Notes under the pieces: generated by a model
Databases searched by the model: none
What the model was told of the DNA's origin: nothing
The model's input: only the letters and a program-made list of their open reading frames with translations
Assembly: GCA_965205015.1 (NCBI GenBank)
Contig: OZ242029.1
Location: 4,192,001-4,256,000 of the forward strand
Origin: Candidatus Poribacteria bacterium
Lineage (GTDB): Bacteria; Poribacteria; WGA-4E; WGA-3G
Length of the DNA stretch: 64,000 nt
Reading direction: 5' to 3'
Shown here: one piece after another, positions 9,812 through 20,011 of the stretch
Layout: every line of letters begins with the position of its first letter
Numbering within the stretch: position 1 is the first letter of the stretch
Made by a program: the position numbers and the translations under genes

Positions 9812-12800
9812 GCTATGCAGTTTGTCTTATTCTGTGGCTTCCTTTCTGCTTTTTCCTGCAATCTATAGAAGCGCAGGAAAAAACGACGGAATCTTCCAGA
9901 CTTCCAATCTTCCAACCCAACGATTCCTCTCAGAAACGGATTGCGAAGATAGAGTACTACATTGGCACAACCCCTGCAGAAGAAACCCCAGAATACCCGA
10001 GTATACTTAGAAACCAGACAGTCGTATCAGTTGACAACACACTGTCTCGTCATACGATTCAACAGAGTATAAAAGCACTCTATGCGACACAGCAGTATTC
10101 CCAAATTCAGGTATACTTGCAGGACACTTCCGATGGTATTGTTTTAACCTACCAGTTAACTCCTTTCGCGCGTATCGAACAAATTGTGCTCGCCGGCATC
10201 CCTGAAAACGAGGTCAAGGATGCCATTGAGAATGCGATGCGCTCAAAACCGGGAGGAAGGTATGTCCCTACGATCGTCAAAACCGATGTGCAGCGCATTA
10301 AAGACGTCTGTCAAGCGTATGGATATTTTGACGCTAAAGTCACAGTCTCCGATACGCTCACCGAAGCGGGGACGTTAACCTACCAGATAGCCGTGGGTGA
10401 TGCCTCACGTATCAAAATATTGCAAATTCAGGATAATGTTGCCCTCTCAATCAACAGCCTTAAAGCCGTGTGTAACTTTAGCCGGCTCTTTCCGATTTAC
10501 AACGAATCCGGTGTAGAGACCGATGTGGCATCCATGGTGGCACTTTACCGTAAAAACAATTATCCCACTGCGACGATCGTCCCAAACTTTAATCATGAAA
10601 CGGGGGTGCTGCAATTTAAGGTCACTGAAGGGAGAGAGGTTCGGTTTAACTTTGTTATGGATGTCGGAGAGGTCCCGCTATCGCTCCAAGACGCATTCAG
10701 AGAAGACATAGTTTCGCTGATAAACACAGCGTCCTCGTCTGTATGGGAACGCCGGATAAGATCCTATTTCAAAGCCAAAGGTTACCACGATACCACCGTA
10801 GCGGTGGAGACACCGGACACCTCGACTGTGCGATTGACGATTAATCCGGGGATGCGTTATGTCGTTAAGGATGTCATTTTCTCTGGGAATAGGGCATTTT
10901 CGGATGCACAACTGAAGCGAGAGATGACGATGAAACCGATAGGCGGCTTTCTACGAAACTTACAAGCAGACATCGCAAGAGTGTTATTTCAGCACGAACA
11001 GAGACCCTTTTTTTATGAAGTAGAACTTGAAACCGATAGGCGTCGGCTCGACATTTTATATGGAAAGGTGGGGTATCCGAAGGCAACGATTACGACAACG
11101 CTTGATAAACAAAACTCAAACAACCGGCGTATTGGCGAAGTTGTGATACATGTCGCAATAATTGAAGAACACAAGGAGATGATTCACCGATGCGCCGTCA
11201 GCGGGAACAACGCGTTAGATACCGCGACGCTTCTGACACGTTTGGTGAGTGAACTCCCGCTTCCGCAGCCGAATGCCTCGCTTACGCGGAAAGCCTACAG
11301 CGACGCAATCTTAAAAGCCTATTACGAACTCGGATACATTGATGCAGCGATTAGTAACGCGTATGTATCAGAAACGGAGGATCCAGTTTTTCGGGTATCG
11401 GGTAATTTCTCTGAACCTCTTGCAGATCGTAAACTCCCGCCAGAAATCCGATCAGAATTCGACAGACATAACCTTACACTTACAGGGGCTGACATAACTA
11501 CCCAGATCGGCAATCGTTGGAGTCTCCAGGACATTGAAGGGAATCCACGGTATACACTTATACAGGAAGCGGCACATCTTGAGGTTTATGAACACGGCGT
11601 GCTACACCTCACTGTGGATCAGGAGGGTGAACAGGTCGTGTTCGGTAAATTCTATTTTGTAGGGGACACGGATGTTGTGAAACGGGACGTGTTTGAACGG
11701 GAAGTTACGCACCTTGAAGGAACACTGTGGACCTCGGAGAAGTTAAGCAGAGTCTTGCAAAACCTCTACAATTTGGGGCTTTTTCGCAGCGTCCAATATG
11801 AGCGTTTCTCACAACCGACCCGTAGCATAGGGACCCCGCAATCATCGAAGGTTACAGATTCCCCTCACCTCCGTCTCAGGAAAACCAACGATGTTTTAAT
11901 AACAGTCGAAAAACAGAAACCAAGAACCTACAGTGTGAGCAGCGGTTACAGCTTCGCAGAGGGGGTCCGCGGAACAGTGGTGTTGACGGACAGCAATTTC
12001 CTCTTTGATCGGAACATCCGAGGACGGGTGCGCAGCAGATTGGGATGGCGAGACGAATTAGGCTATCTTTTTGACGCAACACTCACCGAACCGTGGTTGA
12101 TTGGACGGACGCGGGGGAGTCTACAGGTATTAGCCAAGAAGTTAGAAGTAGACGATAACGTCCGCGCCCTTCAGGGGAGTTTTATCCTCAGCAGAGACTT
12201 GTCGGAATCGCACCATCTCGATCTAAGATATAGTTACCGGGACTTGAACCAACCCGTTCCACCGGTGCAGGATTCTCCCACAGGTATCGGCTCCCATATA
12301 GAGCAGAATCCTTTCAGCACAACCGTGAGCAGTGTTCGATTTTCTTGGACCTACGACAACCGCGAGCGTTATTTGAATCCTACCGGTGGTATGTTGAACG
12401 ATCTCACGCTTGAATACGCGGGCGGCAACCTCTTGCGGGGTGAAACCAGTTTTATTAAGACAACAACGGATACCCGGTATTACCAAAAACTTATCGGTGG
12501 GCTTGTAGTAGCGACCGCCGTCCGATTCGGAATCACGACAGGATTGCGCTCAAACCGGCGCGCGGAACTGATCTCTTTTGAGCGGTTTTGGGCAGGTGGC
12601 GGGACAACCGTTCGCGGTTATGCGGAACGCTCTCTCGGTCCCAAGGATAGCACGGGCATCCATCGCGGCGATGTGCAATTCATCTTTAACACGGAACTCC
12701 GCTTCCCAATCTATCGGATCGTTCGCGGTGCCCTCTTTTTTGATACCGGCAATGTTTGGGATGCCTTAGCGGATATCGAGACGACGCAACCGCTACCCTC

Positions 12801-12936
12801 CTCTGTTGGTGCCGGGCTTTACTTGGACCTGGGTGCCCTCACGGCTGGCATCGATTATGCGATCCCACTCGTGTCCGTGCCAGGTGCTTTAGATCCGAAC
12901 AGAGCCGTTCACGTTCGTGTGGGGAGTACATTTTAA
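9796..12936 (+). CDS. Omp85 family outer membrane protein (BamA/TamA-like, POTRA domains + beta-barrel)
   Basis: Signal peptide, POTRA-like repeats (Y...GY..A), GG.TVRGY, NTELRFP, FFDTGNVW, C-terminal Phe. Confidence 0.88.
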   Translation: MNFSTRYAVCLILWLPFCFFLQSIEAQEKTTESSRLPIFQPNDSSQKRIAKIEYYIGTTPAEETPEYPSILRNQTVVSVDNTLSRHTIQQSIKALYATQQYSQIQVYLQDTSDGIVLTYQLTPFARIEQIVLAGIPENEVKDAIENAMRSKPGGRYVPTIVKTDVQRIKDVCQAYGYFDAKVTVSDTLTEAGTLTYQIAVGDASRIKILQIQDNVALSINSLKAVCNFSRLFPIYNESGVETDVASMVALYRKNNYPTATIVPNFNHETGVLQFKVTEGREVRFNFVMDVGEVPLSLQDAFREDIVSLINTASSSVWERRIRSYFKAKGYHDTTVAVETPDTSTVRLTINPGMRYVVKDVIFSGNRAFSDAQLKREMTMKPIGGFLRNLQADIARVLFQHEQRPFFYEVELETDRRRLDILYGKVGYPKATITTTLDKQNSNNRRIGEVVIHVAIIEEHKEMIHRCAVSGNNALDTATLLTRLVSELPLPQPNASLTRKAYSDAILKAYYELGYIDAAISNAYVSETEDPVFRVSGNFSEPLADRKLPPEIRSEFDRHNLTLTGADITTQIGNRWSLQDIEGNPRYTLIQEAAHLEVYEHGVLHLTVDQEGEQVVFGKFYFVGDTDVVKRDVFEREVTHLEGTLWTSEKLSRVLQNLYNLGLFRSVQYERFSQPTRSIGTPQSSKVTDSPHLRLRKTNDVLITVEKQKPRTYSVSSGYSFAEGVRGTVVLTDSNFLFDRNIRGRVRSRLGWRDELGYLFDATLTEPWLIGRTRGSLQVLAKKLEVDDNVRALQGSFILSRDLSESHHLDLRYSYRDLNQPVPPVQDSPTGIGSHIEQNPFSTTVSSVRFSWTYDNRERYLNPTGGMLNDLTLEYAGGNLLRGETSFIKTTTDTRYYQKLIGGLVVATAVRFGITTGLRSNRRAELISFERFWAGGGTTVRGYAERSLGPKDSTGIHRGDVQFIFNTELRFPIYRIVRGALFFDTGNVWDALADIETTQPLPSSVGAGLYLDLGALTAGIDYAIPLVSVPGALDPNRAVHVRVGSTF

Positions 12937-12943
12937 GAGTCTT

Positions 12944-13033
12944 GAAGTGTGCTAAAGTTTTGAAGTGCTTAAAGTTGTGCAGTGCTCACTGCTCTTTTCA
13001 ACCTTACAGACTTTAGATACACTTTACAACTTT
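12944..13033. repeat. Palindromic repeat (AGTGT..CTAAAGT family), copy 2, between convergent genes
   Basis: aagtgtgctaaagtt...actttagatacacttta. Confidence 0.75.
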
Positions 13034-13043
13034 CCTTTGATGG

Positions 13044-13976
13044 CTAATCTGCTGACTCGCCGTAGGGTCTGCCCAACGCAAGAGGGGCTTCGGCGCGCCC
13101 GACAAAGCCTGCCAGTACTGCCAAACAGAGCAGATATGGCAACATCAAAAATACCTGATACGGCACCTCCCACCCCAACGCTTGGAATCGCGCATCGAGT
13201 GCTGAACCGAGTCCAAAAAGCAGGGCAGCTCCACATGCCTTCACAGGATGCCATTTCCCAAAGATAACGATCGCCAAAGCAATGAACCCACGTCCGACTG
13301 TCATGCCGGGTGTAAAATAGGGGACATCGGCGAGGGAGAGATAGCCGCCAGCCATCCCTGCCAACGCGCCCGCGAAGAGTAGACACACTGTCCGCAAGCG
13401 GAGAACGTTCGCGCCAGCAGCAGCAATCGCCCTCGGATGTTCGCCACAGGCACGGGTCCTGAGTCCCTGTTGTGTGTGGTAGAGGAAGAAATAGACGCAC
13501 GGCACGAGGAGAAACGAAATGAAAACGAGGATGTTGTGCGAAAACAGGGCGCGTCCAAAGAAAGGAATTTCGGAGAGCAGTGGAATGTCGATCTGCCCGA
13601 ACGCTGGCACGCCCTGTGCGATCCCTGTTATGCCGAAGAGTCGTTGATAGACGACCTCTGTCAAACCCAACGCCAAGAGCGTCATCGCCGTGCCGATGAT
13701 AACTTGGTCACCCCGGAGTCTTATCGCACAGAGTGCAAACAGTGCGGCGGCGATCAGTCCACTAAGACCCGCCATTAACAGTCCGAACCACGGTGCGATC
13801 GCCACTAAGTCTGCCGTGTAGAAGGAACCGACCATCCCAAAGAACGCCCCGATAAGCATCATCCCTTCGATACCGATGTTCAGCACACCGGCGCGCTGGG
13901 AGATGACTTCGCCGAGTGCGGCGAGTAAAAGTGGGGTTGCCCCGCGTATTGTTGCTGAAAGAATTTCCTCAAACAT
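13044..13976 (-). CDS. Nucleoside/sugar ABC transporter permease (NupC/YufQ-like)
   Basis: QRAGVLNIGIEG, GLRTRACGEHP, GRGFIALAIVIFGKWHP, LPY. Confidence 0.9.
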   Translation of the reverse strand: MFEEILSATIRGATPLLLAALGEVISQRAGVLNIGIEGMMLIGAFFGMVGSFYTADLVAIAPWFGLLMAGLSGLIAAALFALCAIRLRGDQVIIGTAMTLLALGLTEVVYQRLFGITGIAQGVPAFGQIDIPLLSEIPFFGRALFSHNILVFISFLLVPCVYFFLYHTQQGLRTRACGEHPRAIAAAGANVLRLRTVCLLFAGALAGMAGGYLSLADVPYFTPGMTVGRGFIALAIVIFGKWHPVKACGAALLFGLGSALDARFQALGWEVPYQVFLMLPYLLCLAVLAGFVGRAEAPLALGRPYGESAD

Positions 13977-14068
13977 TTTTTAATTTATTGCTCCTGGACT
14001 GCTGCGTCCGATTACTTCGCAGTGAGAATGCAGGTTTTCTGTTATCCACACTTCAAACGGATTTGATC

Positions 14069-14156
14069 GTAGTCGTGCGATTTATCGCACGTTTCTTTCG
14101 TAGCATAATCTGTTAGATTGTGCATCTTCAGCACGCAGACGAACAGTCTACGCTAC
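14069..14156. repeat. Pair of GTAG-type REP-like hairpins in opposite orientation
   Basis: gtagtcgtgcgatttatcgcacg on +; gtagcgtagactgttcgtctgc on -. Confidence 0.6.
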
Positions 14157-14233
14157 AGAATGCCTCACAATAATCAAACCGTACGAATCAAAACGGGGCT
14201 GCCTACCTAAAATCTTATGCGTAGCAACTTGGG

Positions 14234-17200
14234 TTATTTCCGTATCAAGAGTTTCCGTGTTGCTGTAAAATCGCCAGTTGTTAAGGTATAGAAATAGACA
14301 CCACTTGCCACGCGCTCGCCTTGGACATTCCGACCGTCCCAATACGCTGCACGGCTTTTGCCATGATATATCCCCGCAGGCTGATGTCCGAGTGCCAACG
14401 TCCGCACCAAGGCACCATTTACAGCATAAATGTGCAATGTTACTTCTGTAGGTTGTGACAATTGATAGGGTATCCAGGTTTCCGGGTTAAACGGGTTCGG
14501 GTAGTTGTGAAGTAGAGCCGTGTTTTCTGGCACGAAGCGTGCCAAAAGTCGTTCGAGAGTATCGATCCCGCGTTTGAACGTCAGTGTTCCATCGTCCGCT
14601 GCGCGCAGGATGTTCAGCGCGTGTTCAACAGTGTCAAGTGTAAACCCGAGGGGCAGTGCGGGGGACGAAGGGGCAGCGGGTGCGTCGCCTTCGCCGAGGT
14701 GTTCAGCGACAAGGGCAAGGTCTTTGCCGTCCACAACGCCATCGCCGTTGACGTCGAGACGCGGGTTCTTCGGCTGCTGTTGCCCCAATGCCGCCGTTAC
14801 GAGTGTTGCGTCCGTTGCATCGGTGATACCGTCTTCATTGACATCCCACGCCGGTCGAGCAGCTTCGGCTGTTGGAAGCGTAAGCGTATATTCCGCATCA
14901 GCCGCAAACCCAAAAAAGCCACTCCATTCACCCCATCCCTCATAGACAGCCACCAATAAGATATTTTTTCCTTTTTTAAGAGTGACAGGGAATTGGTCTT
15001 GATAGTTATAAGCTGGCCGGTCCACAGGATTGTTATGAACCAGTTCCCCGTTGAGCCAGACTTTGACGGCATCATCGCTCCCGATATACATCCGTGTCTT
15101 CTGTGTCCGGGACGCATCTAAGGCGATGGAACCATAAGCAACATGGTTATCTATATCACCTTCCGCTAACCCGATCGCGTTCACCAGTTCGGTGATGTTA
15201 TCGTTCCCAGTCGGGGCGATGTTGCCGGGGGTCCACACCTTATCTCCTATAGCACCACCAATCCTTGCTCCGTTAGTGGCAACCTGCTTTTCTGTAACGG
15301 CATCCCCACTCGCTTTTGCGAGGTAATCTATTTCTGAAGTTGCCGCTGCACTTCCGTCTACCCCTGTCGGAACAATCACCCATACCCAGGGACCCTCTAT
15401 TTTCGGACCCGCTTGCGGATAGAAGTTCTCCACTGAGAAGACCCCCTCCTGATCCATCACTTGAAGCGCGACTTCGCCACCCTGTCTAAATATCGTTTTG
15501 GAGACGACGAATTCAACCGTGCTGCTGGTTCCATTCAAGTGCTTACAAACTATTAATTGAAAGTATAATTCTTCAGATTCTTCTTCGGGTGTCAGCAACT
15601 GTGCCTGATGGAGTCCATCGGGATCCGTAACCTCAAAGCGGAGGCGAATATCGTCCGATGGTACTGATTGTGGTGGGCTCATCTCAATCGTTGTGACTTC
15701 ATTAAATCCTGTCTCGTGGGTGTTGAAGTAACTATGGGCATCCAACCATTCCGCGGCACAGAAAGACCGGATCATCTCGTCCGCGGTATGTGAAGACAGC
15801 ACGCGTTTAGGATTCGTGCGGTAATCGTGTTGCAATCCAAAGGCGTGCCCGAGTTCATGCGCGATCACATCCACGTTAAAGCAATCGCCAGAGGCAGGGA
15901 CGAGTACCATTCCACCAGATGCTCCACGGGGACCGCCGCGACCGCACACGTCGCTACCATCGAGGATTTCGTTACTGATATCTATCGCAGTGATATAGAT
16001 ATTCGTTGATGTGTCAAACTGTTGACGAATTTCTTCCCACATGTCCCATGTGTCAGATAAATTATTATAATGTTGATCTGTGAACTGTCCGACAACATGA
16101 TGCACGACCGCCTTCCCGTTCACATCAGTTTCATACTTAAAAGTTTTTCTGCCAAACCCGTGTCGCTCCATGATCTCGGCGTAAGCGAGTTGTGCCTCTT
16201 TGATGAACGCGTCCATCTTTGCGTCAATATCGGGTTGAGCGGTGCGGTCGCTCGGGAGAAAATAGATCAACCGAACTATCCCGCGTTGTTGATAGGACTC
16301 CAGATAGGACTCAATATCCCAGATATGGACGGTGCCATCTTCACCGCCGCTGGCAAGGGTTGTGCCGTCGGGAGAGAAGGCAATTCCGTGAATCCATTTT
16401 CCCCCTGTGTGTCCTGTCAGCGTGCCTATCTTTTCACCATTTTTAGCAGACCAGAGGATTACCTCTTCCCAGCCCCCACTGGCGAGTATCTTCCCATCAG
16501 GAGAGAAATCAAGGGAGGCTACATTCGTCTGAAGTGTGCCGAGAAGTTCCCACTTGGAGACGGTTTCCCATAACTTGATTTCTCCCCACGAGGAACTCGC
16601 GAAGGTCCGATTATCGGGAGAAAATTTAGCATAATTGACATCTTCAGTATCTCCATCTAATATAATGCTAATTTGTTTTTCCTGAACATCCCAGATTTTC
16701 ACGGTAGTTTCTATGTGATCATCGGTGGCAAGATACCTGCCATCGCTTGAAAAGGCTGCCAACCAAACCCACTCATCATGTGGCAGTGTCGCAATCTCCT
16801 GCTGATTGATGATATCCAATAGTTGAACATGTCTACCGGAGACGGCAAGCATCTTGCTGTCAGGTGAAAAAGTTACATGGGGGACTGGGGAAGGCATTCG
16901 GAATGTAATGGGTTCGCGGGTTTCAATATTTTGCCAGTGTGAAATGTCCCATACTTTGATGGTAGCATCATCGCTGCCACTCACAAGCCATTTGCCGTCG
17001 GGTGAGAATGTTACCGAATTGACGACATCAGTATGGTCCTCGAGGATTTTCACGGTAGTGTTCTGCAGATTCCACACCTTCACGGTGTTCTGTCCACCCG
17101 CACTCGCAATGAGATTAGGATTCACAGGTGAAAAAGCAACCGAGCTCACAGAACCCCCATGATCAAGGATGGTCGGCTCCTGTGCGAAACAGGGTGCCCA

Positions 17201-17266
17201 AAAGTTCAATAGGACGATGAGTGTTAAAAATACATGTTTGCATTGTATCTGAAAATTTTTTTTCAT
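14234..17266 (-). CDS. Secreted multidomain protein: WD40 repeats, zinc metallopeptidase, PA14-like region, dockerin-like region, FlgD-Ig-like C-terminal domain
   Basis: Signal peptide; FSPDG...W repeats; HELGHAFGLQH metzincin motif; GSDDAVKVWLNG; DVNEDG/DVNGDG; NYPNPFNPETW. Confidence 0.85.
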   Translation of the reverse strand: MKKNFQIQCKHVFLTLIVLLNFWAPCFAQEPTILDHGGSVSSVAFSPVNPNLIASAGGQNTVKVWNLQNTTVKILEDHTDVVNSVTFSPDGKWLVSGSDDATIKVWDISHWQNIETREPITFRMPSPVPHVTFSPDSKMLAVSGRHVQLLDIINQQEIATLPHDEWVWLAAFSSDGRYLATDDHIETTVKIWDVQEKQISIILDGDTEDVNYAKFSPDNRTFASSSWGEIKLWETVSKWELLGTLQTNVASLDFSPDGKILASGGWEEVILWSAKNGEKIGTLTGHTGGKWIHGIAFSPDGTTLASGGEDGTVHIWDIESYLESYQQRGIVRLIYFLPSDRTAQPDIDAKMDAFIKEAQLAYAEIMERHGFGRKTFKYETDVNGKAVVHHVVGQFTDQHYNNLSDTWDMWEEIRQQFDTSTNIYITAIDISNEILDGSDVCGRGGPRGASGGMVLVPASGDCFNVDVIAHELGHAFGLQHDYRTNPKRVLSSHTADEMIRSFCAAEWLDAHSYFNTHETGFNEVTTIEMSPPQSVPSDDIRLRFEVTDPDGLHQAQLLTPEEESEELYFQLIVCKHLNGTSSTVEFVVSKTIFRQGGEVALQVMDQEGVFSVENFYPQAGPKIEGPWVWVIVPTGVDGSAAATSEIDYLAKASGDAVTEKQVATNGARIGGAIGDKVWTPGNIAPTGNDNITELVNAIGLAEGDIDNHVAYGSIALDASRTQKTRMYIGSDDAVKVWLNGELVHNNPVDRPAYNYQDQFPVTLKKGKNILLVAVYEGWGEWSGFFGFAADAEYTLTLPTAEAARPAWDVNEDGITDATDATLVTAALGQQQPKNPRLDVNGDGVVDGKDLALVAEHLGEGDAPAAPSSPALPLGFTLDTVEHALNILRAADDGTLTFKRGIDTLERLLARFVPENTALLHNYPNPFNPETWIPYQLSQPTEVTLHIYAVNGALVRTLALGHQPAGIYHGKSRAAYWDGRNVQGERVASGVYFYTLTTGDFTATRKLLIRK

Positions 17267-17348
17267 TCCTTATACCATTTCTAAGAGATTATATTTCATT
17301 AGTGGTGTTATGAAATAGGAGTATTCGGTGATTTTAGCAATAGCTGCG

Positions 17349-17698
17349 TCATGCGGAATCGCCATCGCCTGTGCCAATCTTTTCGCTACTTACATCCAAC
17401 GCAGTGAAATAGATATTTTTTGACAGGTCAAACTGTTCCTCAGCATTTCCACGCTTATCAGTTTCAAACAGGAAAGTTTCCTACCGAACCCGTGTGCCTC
17501 CATCTGTTTTGCGTAGAACCGTTGTGCATCCTTTATCAACGTATCCATTTTTGCGTCTATGTCTGGTTGGGGTTGATGGTCGCGTGGCAGGAAATAGATG
17601 AGGCGCACAATGGGTCGTTCTTGTTGTGCTTGTGAAAGACTTGGAAGTAAAAGATTGGACAGAACAGTTATTGTGACGAATAAGTGTTTGATTTGCAT
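17349..17698 (-). pseudogene. Degraded paralogue of the metallopeptidase module of 14234-17266
   Basis: VRLIYFLPRDHQPQPDIDAKMD...GFGRK, then a frameshift to TFLFETDKRGNA/EEQFDLSKNIYFTALDVS; internal deletion relative to the neighbouring gene. Confidence 0.8.
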
Positions 17699-17729
17699 GT
17701 AAGGAAGTCTATTCTATAGGGTTATTGAG

Positions 17730-17834
17730 TGTTGGGTTTCGCTAAAATTTTGGTGTATTCAAATGTATTGGGAATGTAGAGTTTTCTGTGCTGCAAGCGT
17801 TTGGTGGCTCATGTTCCGCTCAACCCAACCTACG
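17730..17834 (-). repeat. GTAG-type REP-like element
   Basis: Minus strand cgtaggttgggttgagcggaac ... agcgaaacccaac. Confidence 0.6.
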
Positions 17835-17869
17835 ATAGCCAAGGTTTCTGAAGCCTATGGGAGAACCTA

Positions 17870-18616
17870 TCAGGCGTTTCCGCGCAAGCGTTCGAGTTCG
17901 GCGCGGAGACGTGCGTTTTCCGACTCTGTCTCAGCGCGAGCAGTCGCTTCCTGACGGGCAAGCGACTCTGCAGCTTCAGCACGGGCAGTCGCCGCCTCAG
18001 CACGGGTTTCTGCTACCACTTCAGGCAGCTGAAGCCATTCATCCTTGATAGGATCATAAAACTGTAAATCCCCCTGCGCACACTGCACATCTAACCCCAA
18101 ACTCGACGCATGAATGCTACCAGACGCACCCGGCGAGACTGTCCGATACTGACCGGCTACTAACCGAAAACCCATCAAAGGTGAAGGTAGATACAGACCC
18201 TCTATATCCGCCAAGAAATACTCTGAAACCCCTAACCCGGCGTAAAGCTCCAACTTCTCCGTCAAGTCTCTTTGATATGTGCTTTTGCTCGACAACTCCA
18301 TCACGAAATCTGGGGGTTTCCCCTCTACCCAGACCTGATACGTCCGACGCGCTTTCCGGCCTATTCCGAAAGAGACAAGCACATCCGGAGATACGACGCG
18401 ACGTGGGTCCCCTTGAACATAATACATCAGGATATCCCCAGAGACATACACATCTGGGGTGTCACCAAAAAACGACTCAAGTTCCCGAAGGATCTTTATC
18501 AACACACGTCTATGATCGTCACTTGCTGCCATCGGTTTGCCGTCGGTTTCCGGATAGAGGCTGTGTTCTTCGGTCGGGACATAGCCGAGATGTCCTTCCT
18601 TTTCAAACATCGCCAT
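17870..18616 (-). CDS. Uma2 (DUF820) family PD-(D/E)XK endonuclease-like protein with coiled-coil tail
   Basis: YPETDGKPMA, VSPDV, PDFVMELSSKST, GVSEYFL, AEAATARAE tail. Confidence 0.9.
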   Translation of the reverse strand: MAMFEKEGHLGYVPTEEHSLYPETDGKPMAASDDHRRVLIKILRELESFFGDTPDVYVSGDILMYYVQGDPRRVVSPDVLVSFGIGRKARRTYQVWVEGKPPDFVMELSSKSTYQRDLTEKLELYAGLGVSEYFLADIEGLYLPSPLMGFRLVAGQYRTVSPGASGSIHASSLGLDVQCAQGDLQFYDPIKDEWLQLPEVVAETRAEAATARAEAAESLARQEATARAETESENARLRAELERLRGNA

Positions 18617-18809
18617 CCTTGTTCTCCTTATTATGGTAGATTTTACTAAGTTTTAGACAATTGTTAGGGGGACACACATTTCACCCCGCTGGGACTGCTC
18701 TTTGGTGCATCCAAGCTGCTTTTTTCATGAGTTGAGTTTATGTAATTTTATTGTAACTTGCAGCAAGCATTTTGTCAAGATTTTCCCAAAATTGAGGCAA
18801 TACCTCGGA

Positions 18810-19901
18810 TTACACATCCTTTACCGATGCTTCTTCTTTTTTCACCTCAGCGTGTGCAGATGCTCGCTTACGGAAAAGTTGGATAGAACTATAACCGATG
18901 ACGAACAACAGAATCGTCGCTTGCATGACCAACGTCACCTTGTCAGAGATACCAACCTCCCGCTGCATGCTATAGGAACCTGTCGTCAGCGCGCCAAATA
19001 ACAACGCAGCAGCAACCGTCACTAACGGATTCAACTTTGCCAACAAAGCGACGGCGATCGCTGTGTAGCCGTATCCGGGCGAAAAGTTGAGGAAAAGTCG
19101 ACGGGTCAGGGCTGTGAGTTCAATCGCCCCACCAAGCCCTGCGAGCGCGCCACTGATGAAAAAGACGCGGAGCGTGTTTTGCACAATTGAGATGCCAGCG
19201 GCTTCCGCTGCCGCCGCGCCTTCTCCGACTGCGCGGAGTTGAAACCCGAATTGTGTTCTGAAGAGAATAAACGTGAGAATAATTGCCAACACGACAGCGA
19301 TCACAATGCCGAGGTGGACCCGATGCGGTGGAAAAAGTCGAGGCAGAAATACCCACTGAACGATGCGATCGCTCTGCGGACCGCGTTGCGCTGCCTCCTG
19401 CAATGGACCGCCATCTATCATCAGACTCACCAGATGGAGGGCGACGTAGTTCAACATAATCGTGCTGATAACTTCGTTGACCCCGCGCACCACTTTGAGG
19501 ATCGCAGGGATGAGTCCCCATACGCCACCCGCGACTGTGGCAAGTCCGAGACACAACGGCACTGCAATCCACGGGGTTTGCGGAAAAATTGGCGCAAGTT
19601 TCGTCCCAAACCATGTCGCCGTTAGCGCGCCTATTAAAAATTGTCCCTCGGCACCGATGTTCCAAATCCCACACCGAAACGCCATTGCCACCGAAAGCCC
19701 TGCCATCAGAAATGGTGTGCTTTTGACTAAGGTTTCTCCGAACTTTCTGCCTGTCCCGAACGCGCCACTCACCGCGGCTTGGTAAGCCTCTAATGGGTTA
19801 TAGTGACAGAGCAGCATGATGATGGCATTTACAACAAACGCACTCACGAGAATTAGAACAGGCGTTGCGAGCCACTGAATATTGATTTTCTTTAATATCA
19901 T
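18810..19901 (-). CDS. Nucleoside/sugar ABC transporter permease (NupB/YufP-like)
   Basis: FRCGIWNIGAEGQ, NEVISTIMLNY, GFQLRAVG; start moved to ATG 19901 because the longer extension is repeat-derived. Confidence 0.88.
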   Translation of the reverse strand: MILKKINIQWLATPVLILVSAFVVNAIIMLLCHYNPLEAYQAAVSGAFGTGRKFGETLVKSTPFLMAGLSVAMAFRCGIWNIGAEGQFLIGALTATWFGTKLAPIFPQTPWIAVPLCLGLATVAGGVWGLIPAILKVVRGVNEVISTIMLNYVALHLVSLMIDGGPLQEAAQRGPQSDRIVQWVFLPRLFPPHRVHLGIVIAVVLAIILTFILFRTQFGFQLRAVGEGAAAAEAAGISIVQNTLRVFFISGALAGLGGAIELTALTRRLFLNFSPGYGYTAIAVALLAKLNPLVTVAAALLFGALTTGSYSMQREVGISDKVTLVMQATILLFVIGYSSIQLFRKRASAHAEVKKEEASVKDV

Positions 19902-19921
19902 AAAAATGGTCTTTAGTATTT

Positions 19922-20011
19922 GGTTGGAAGGATGGAAGGATGGAAGAATGGGTGCCCCTCTTCCAACCTTCCACTCTTCCATTCCAGTATCTTCTATCCT
20001 TCCATTTCCTC
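19922..20011. repeat. GGAAG/CTTCC purine-pyrimidine palindromic repeat
   Basis: ggaaggatggaaggatggaaga ... tcttccaaccttccactcttccattcc. Confidence 0.75.
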
